A DNA stretch of 64,000 bases, taken from NCBI GenBank assembly GCA_965644495.1, contig CBFFSA010000003.1:1269959-1333958 (forward strand), read 5' to 3'. The DNA comes from Perkinsela sp. CCAP 1560/9. Its lineage: Eukaryota > Protista > Euglenozoa: Kinetoplastea. Shown piece by piece: positions 58,618 through 64,000 of this stretch; positions within the stretch are counted from its first letter, which is position 1; every line of letters begins with the position of its first letter. The notes under the pieces are model-generated. The model searched no databases, had not been told where the DNA came from, and was given only the letters and a program-made list of their open reading frames with translations. The translations under genes and the position numbers were made by a program.

Positions 58618-61600
58618 AATTATTTTTCCTTTCTTTAGTTACTCCCCGGGGATTAGCGTCCTTCCCCATGAAAAGCGATCAAAGTCTTCGATCTCGCGCA
58701 AGCCTAGACAAAAATCCACCTTCACCCCACATATTGACTAACACAAACGAAGGTAAGCTCAGCGAAGGCACTTTCACCGATGAAGAGCGTTCCCACCGAC
58801 TCGGCAGTTGGGACCAGTTTGAGGGGAACAAACACTTGATCTCCACTGCAAGTACATACAACGAGCAACTTTATACCACGCCGATCCCCATGGATATTCC
58901 CGCGGAATGGATGGATCACGCACGCCAAATTGCACAGGAGAGGGAAACTCCAGACACGGGCCATACTGAGGCAGAAAACGAGGAAATGCAACACTGTGGG
59001 GTAAGACGGCAGAGCACAACTCATGAGAACGCACCTGCATCTCGGACCCCCGACAAAACACTGAAGCTTAATGCCGTAGTACAGGACGTCTCTCCCCGTC
59101 TGCTACACAACGTTTCTCCCTCGAAAGGACCCACGAAGACAGACACGAGGCATTCTAAACGAATACCGGCGACAGAGAAAAACCCTCCCTCACCTCTCCT
59201 AGCTGAGGCCAAGGACTCAGCCACCGAAGTTACACAAAACAGAGAAGAATTCCGAGAATGCCCCGCGATGGGATGCACTTGGCGGAGCCCGGCGCACGGG
59301 GTATCGTGGCAAGCGTTTTATAACCACGTCGCCTGTCGCCACGGTATCAGCATCCCTGCCGCCTGGTGGGCTACAGAAGGTAGATTCCTGTGTGCTGCAT
59401 GCGGGCGCTCTTACGATGTCAATAAAAGGGAAACACACCCACAGTCCTGCAAGGGAAAGATGACAACCCCTCAAAGCCCATAACACATGTCACACCCAAG
59501 CGACGAAAGCCACCCCCCCACAACTCAGATGCATCAACCCGAGCTTCCCTCGTTGGCCTCTATTTCTCAGACACAATTGAGCACTTGCAAAGACGTCCCC
59601 GCCCGATGCCGTCATCTTTGGGGAGAAATCTTAACAAAAACGGCCGAAAAGGCAGTCAAGGAAAACTCCCCCGCCGCGTGGACGTTATTCGCTATGCTCC
59701 CGAAGTGTCTCCTACCAGCTCCGCACCGAGGAGGACGCAAGAATCACACAACATACGCATCATTCGTCGAAAAGTGCATGAACCGATGGCTGGCGCAAGA
59801 TTACGTACCTTTGTGGAATGATACAGTAAACAACGCCCTCAAAAAGCAATCCGCAACCCCTAACATAGTTCACGATGAGGAGGAAAAAGCTGCCATCCGG
59901 TCAGAATTGCTGGTTCGACAAGGCGAGTACTCAAGAGGAATGGCAGCACTCACGGCTGACCCAATGGCTCCTGACGACGAAGAAACGTATATCAAGCTTC
60001 AGAACAAACACCCGTGCCGCCTTTCAGACAGCGACGCCATCGATTACACCCCCCCACCAACAGCGCCCTTACAGGTAGATGAAGCGACAGTCGCGAAAAC
60101 CATCAAAAGCTTTCACCGAGGCTCCTCCGCCGGAACCATGGGCCTACGCCCAGAACACCTACAAGTGGCACTCCTAGCGCAGGTAGACAACACTACGAAA
60201 CCTCTCAAAGCTATTACAAACCTCGTAAATCACCTTCTAGCCGGTAAAGCCCCTCTAGAGGTTCAACCGTATTTCGCCGGAGCCAGACTTTGCGCCTTAG
60301 AAAAGGGCGAAAACGACGTCCGACCCATAGCTGCGGGGGAAACTATTCGTCGATTGGTCAGCAAAACTGCGTGCAACGTAGTTAAAGCCAAGGCAAGCGG
60401 CATATTCGCAGGGCTACAGTTCGGAGTGGCGACACCAGTCGGAGCTGAACGCATAATCCACACTTGTCGACAAGCCATGGCCATCCACACTGATAACCCT
60501 GACTTTGTTCTTTGCAAAGTAGACCTCAGAAACGCCTTTAACAACGTTAGCAGAACCGCCTTCCTGAAGCTTGTAAGCGAGCACTTCCCAGAATTATTCC
60601 CATGGGCAAGCTGGTGCTATACCACCACTAGTGCATTGTACCACCACTAGTGCACTTACCGAACCCACACGCTCCTATCGGACGAAGGTGTCCAACAAGG
60701 GGACCCCCTCGGACCTCTTTTCTTCTCCCTGGTCGCCCTGGAATTAGCAAACGAAATCAATCACCAGGCCGACTTGGACCTACAATTATGGTACCTTGAC
60801 GACGGGGTTCTCATAGGCAAGGCCCAAGACACCAGAAATGCACTGGACACGATCGCCAGGGTAGGCCCTCGCTGGGGCTTGCACTTGAACATGTCGAAGT
60901 GTGAAATCATTACCTCCCCTGCCTCGGCTAACGTGACAAATTTGTTTCCCGACATACCGGACACCAAAATCAACGTACGTGGCGACTTTAGCGTTCTAGG
61001 AAGTCCGATTGGATCCCCAGAGTATTGCTCCGAATACCTGACAACGCACGCCATTGAACCAGCAGAAACGGCGTTAGAAGCTATAACTAGAATCAAAGAC
61101 CCACAGGTTTCAATGGCGCTTATTCGGCAATGCGCCGGGTTCTGCAAAATGGTCCACGCTCTCCGCACGACCCCACCACAATCACTTACACTTTTATGCG
61201 AGCGTCTGGATGATTTTCTCATGCACGCGGTAGAGTCATGTTTATGCCCCTTGCCTCCCTCTGCACGGTCCCAAATTCAGCGCCTGAAAAAACACGGAGG
61301 ATTCGGGTTACGGTCAGCATCCTTTCACGCAACCTCAGCCTACGTTTCCTCGGTTGCTTTTGCAGCAGACATGGACTCTTGGGATCCATCCGAAGTAGAA
61401 GGCTTTCTATCATCTATTGACGACATAAACGCGAAGGTTGGCACCAAGCTTCTCAACTCAAGTGGCCGTGTGTGCACTATCCCGCACCACAAATGCGAAG
61501 AATTTCCTCCGAGGCATCGCCCCGCAAAGCGCCCACGCCAGCCGGATACCCATGATCCTACTTCATCTGCGAATCCCCCTTCCCTTCCACACGATCGCCC

Positions 61601-63294
61601 CCCCTTGTCACCCGATGATCTCCCCCCTACGTCATGCCCATTGTATGCAACGGAGGATTGCTTTGACGCGAAGCTGCCGGACTGGGCGAAAAAGGGTATC
61701 CCCCGCCAAAGGGACATAAGCCACGCGATTTCGGCTACGGAATTTTCGCGAGCTTATGAAAAGGCTGACGCCAGGACTCGCGCACGTTGGGTCTCCCAGA
61801 GCGGGAAAGGGGCCAATAGCTGGGCTTTCGTAACGCCATCCAAAGACACCGGTCACGCCTTCACCCCAACAGAATTCCGTACCTTGTCCCGCTGGTGGTT
61901 GGGGGTACCAGTCTACGGGGAAGAATCAAAATGCCCCAGGGAGAACTGCACGCTCCCCCTTGACATACACGGAGACCATGCTCTCACGTGTAAGCATGGG
62001 GAAGGTATCATCCGGCGACACCACTCGTTAGTCGATCAGTTTGCTGCCACCTGCAGCCAGGCCCACCTAGCACCCCAGCGCGAGAAAAGCCTCGGGAATA
62101 GGGGCCCAGGGGGTGCCTTGACCAGACCGGGGGACGTCTTCATGCCGAGCCTCTTCCTCGGAAAACCTATAGTGCTTGACTTCGCGGTCACTCACGCCCA
62201 GCAATCAAAATACACGGACACAGTCAGAAATGCTAGCTGGGTGGCCGCGGGGTCTTTCGCTGAGCACTACGCCTCCGACCAGAAAGCTCGACAGCGCCGT
62301 GAATCTGAGTCGGCGGGAAGCGACTTCACAGCAATGGTCGTAGAGAGCTACGGCTCTTGGAGCTCTAGTGCCTTAGCAGTACTTCGGAAAGTAGGAGAAC
62401 GTCGGGCCAAAGCGTCCAACGGCATTCTCAGTGACGGAGCAGCTACGCTACAGCTCGTCACAGACTTGAATCATAAATAACTTAAGGCAGGTTGAATTAC
62501 TAGTTTTGGGCTACAACATGTGAAATTGCTAATTTGATTGCTTGTTTACAAATCATATACCCCCCCCCAATGGACCTTCATGGTTCATGTATTGGGTAAT
62601 ATAGAGGCAATGCCGCGTTTCATACTTCTCCCCCTTGAACATAACGCTGATGCGTCGCCAGGCACGTATGATGATATCAAGAATGCCGGTAGACGACCTT
62701 CCCACTCCGCTGATCGAGCAATAGCTTGGTAACGGAGTAAGTAGCCCTCGTGGGATAATCGTTTCCTAACCACACCGTTGTCGGCACAGGCCCACGTTAG
62801 CGCCCTCGCAAACAACTGATCTGGAAGCTGGTCGAGTCGACAGAGTCTATGCTCACGCCTAGCTCGCCGAGGGCTAGGTACCCCAAGTGAGGTAGTACAC
62901 GGGTAGTGAATCTCCTCCCCGTCGACCAGCTTCCTGTTTCGCGACCGTGTCGCTGTCGACACAAGCCCGCGCCTGCGCCCTCCCATATAACAAGGGAAGG
63001 GTCCACAAGTCAGGCCGTGGTGAGGTCGAAAGACCCGGTCCGGAACGCGCGGATGGATTGGGCGTGGATTGCTTCCTTTTTTATTATTATTGTTATCAGA
63101 ATCATAAATAACTTAAGGCAGGTTGAATTACTAGTTTTGGGCTACAACATGTGAAATTGCTAATTTGATTGCTTGTTTACAAATCATATACCCCCCCCAA
63201 TGGACCTTCATGGTTCATGTATTGGGTAATATAGAGGCAATGCCGCGTTTCATACTTCTCCCCCCTTATTAATCGCAAAAAAAAAAAAAAAAAA
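58583..63294 (+). mobile_element. Full-length group-D CRE, SL to poly(A), with TSD; ORF disrupted
   Basis: TSD AAAATATATTCTATTTTTTTT on both sides; zinc fingers, VRPIAAGE, QFGV, DLRNAFN, QQGDPLGP, WYLDD, RLE; stop at 59481, duplication near 60620-60655, insert at 62467-62635. Confidence 0.9.
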
Positions 63295-63324
63295 ATATAT
63301 TCTATTTTTTTTTTTTTTTTTTTT

Positions 63325-64000
63325 AGGGGGGTATATGAATTTAAAACAAGCAATCAAATTAGCAATTCTTTTTATTTCCACAGAAGTATATTTTCTTTTT
63401 CTTTTTTCTCAGCCCAAAACTAGCAATTCAATCTCCCCTAAGTATATACGACAAACAAGACACAGTAAAAACTAAAACAAGCAATCCAGACCCAATCCAT
63501 TCGCGCGTTCCGGACCGGGTCTTTCGACCTCTCCACGGCCTGACTTGTGAACCCTTCCCTTGTTATGTGGGAGGGCGCAGGCGCGGGCCTGTGTCGACAG
63601 CGACACGGTCGCGAAACAGGATGCTGGCCGACGGGGAGGAGATTCACTGCCCGTGCACTACCTCACTTGGGGTACCTAGCCCTCGCGGGCTAGGCGTGAG
63701 CATAGTCTCTGTCGACCCGGCCAGCACCCGTCCTGGATATTATGGCGTCTTCGTGCTGAAACTGGACTGTCAGTAGAGGCTTAAGCCTCTACCAAAGGAT
63801 CCGCTGGGTCCTCTACGCGGATGCGCGAAACCATCATCCTGGCTTGAGAACGCATTAGCGTCACGTTCAGATCTGTTAGGAGATCGTTTCGCGCTTGGTC
63901 TCGTGAAAGGAGCCCTTTGGATGCATTCGCCCGTTGGGTTCCGATGTCCCGGAGTAACGCTAGCGCACTCTCGCTCCAGGAACCAAAGGATTCCACCACC
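63325..64000 (-). mobile_element. 3' end of another group-D CRE (runs off the window)
   Basis: VESFGSWS...LNVTLMRSQARM plus the structured 3' UTR. Confidence 0.88.

Noticed and set aside
59481-59483. Stop-codon reassignment or programmed readthrough in the CRE
   Set aside because: Single stop in a copy with other lesions; long ORFs elsewhere fit the standard code
1-64000. Whole window as an artificial concatenation or misassembly
   Set aside because: Many insertions have TSDs whose removal restores reading frames; individual patchwork junctions still need read support

Overview
This is eukaryotic DNA made almost entirely of nested transposable elements, and I found no host genes. Three retroposed copies of a kinetoplastid/diplonemid-type spliced-leader exon (TTAACGATAAAGATACAGTTTCTGTACCTTGTTG) point to a euglenozoan host. 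Contents: (i) three VIPER/TATE-like tyrosine-recombinase (YR) retrotransposons in gag-YR-RT/RNaseH order, one complete with split direct repeats; (ii) many CRE/SLACS-like RLE non-LTR elements from two groups; (iii) a HERO/NeSL-like RLE element with repeated CxHxC..C.H.CCK fingers; (iv) two APE-type LINEs; (v) DNA transposons: Tc1 (DD32E), a long-TIR foldback element, two pogo elements, a split hAT and an 8-bp-TSD MITE. Removing most insertions at their target-site duplications restores the interrupted ORFs, so the nesting looks genomic. The main highlights are four. First, a conserved recoding cassette in all three YR elements: a -1 slippery site plus a covarying pseudoknot leads from Gag into RT, and YR sits in-frame behind a single gag stop. 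Second, a Tudor/SH3-like W-x12-G domain is shared by YR Gag, CRE and APE-LINE proteins. Third, a covarying ~250-nt structured RNA lies in CRE 3' UTRs. Fourth, there are traces of SL-capped RNA copied back into DNA. All calls come from reading motifs by eye; no database searches were run and some boundaries are approximate.
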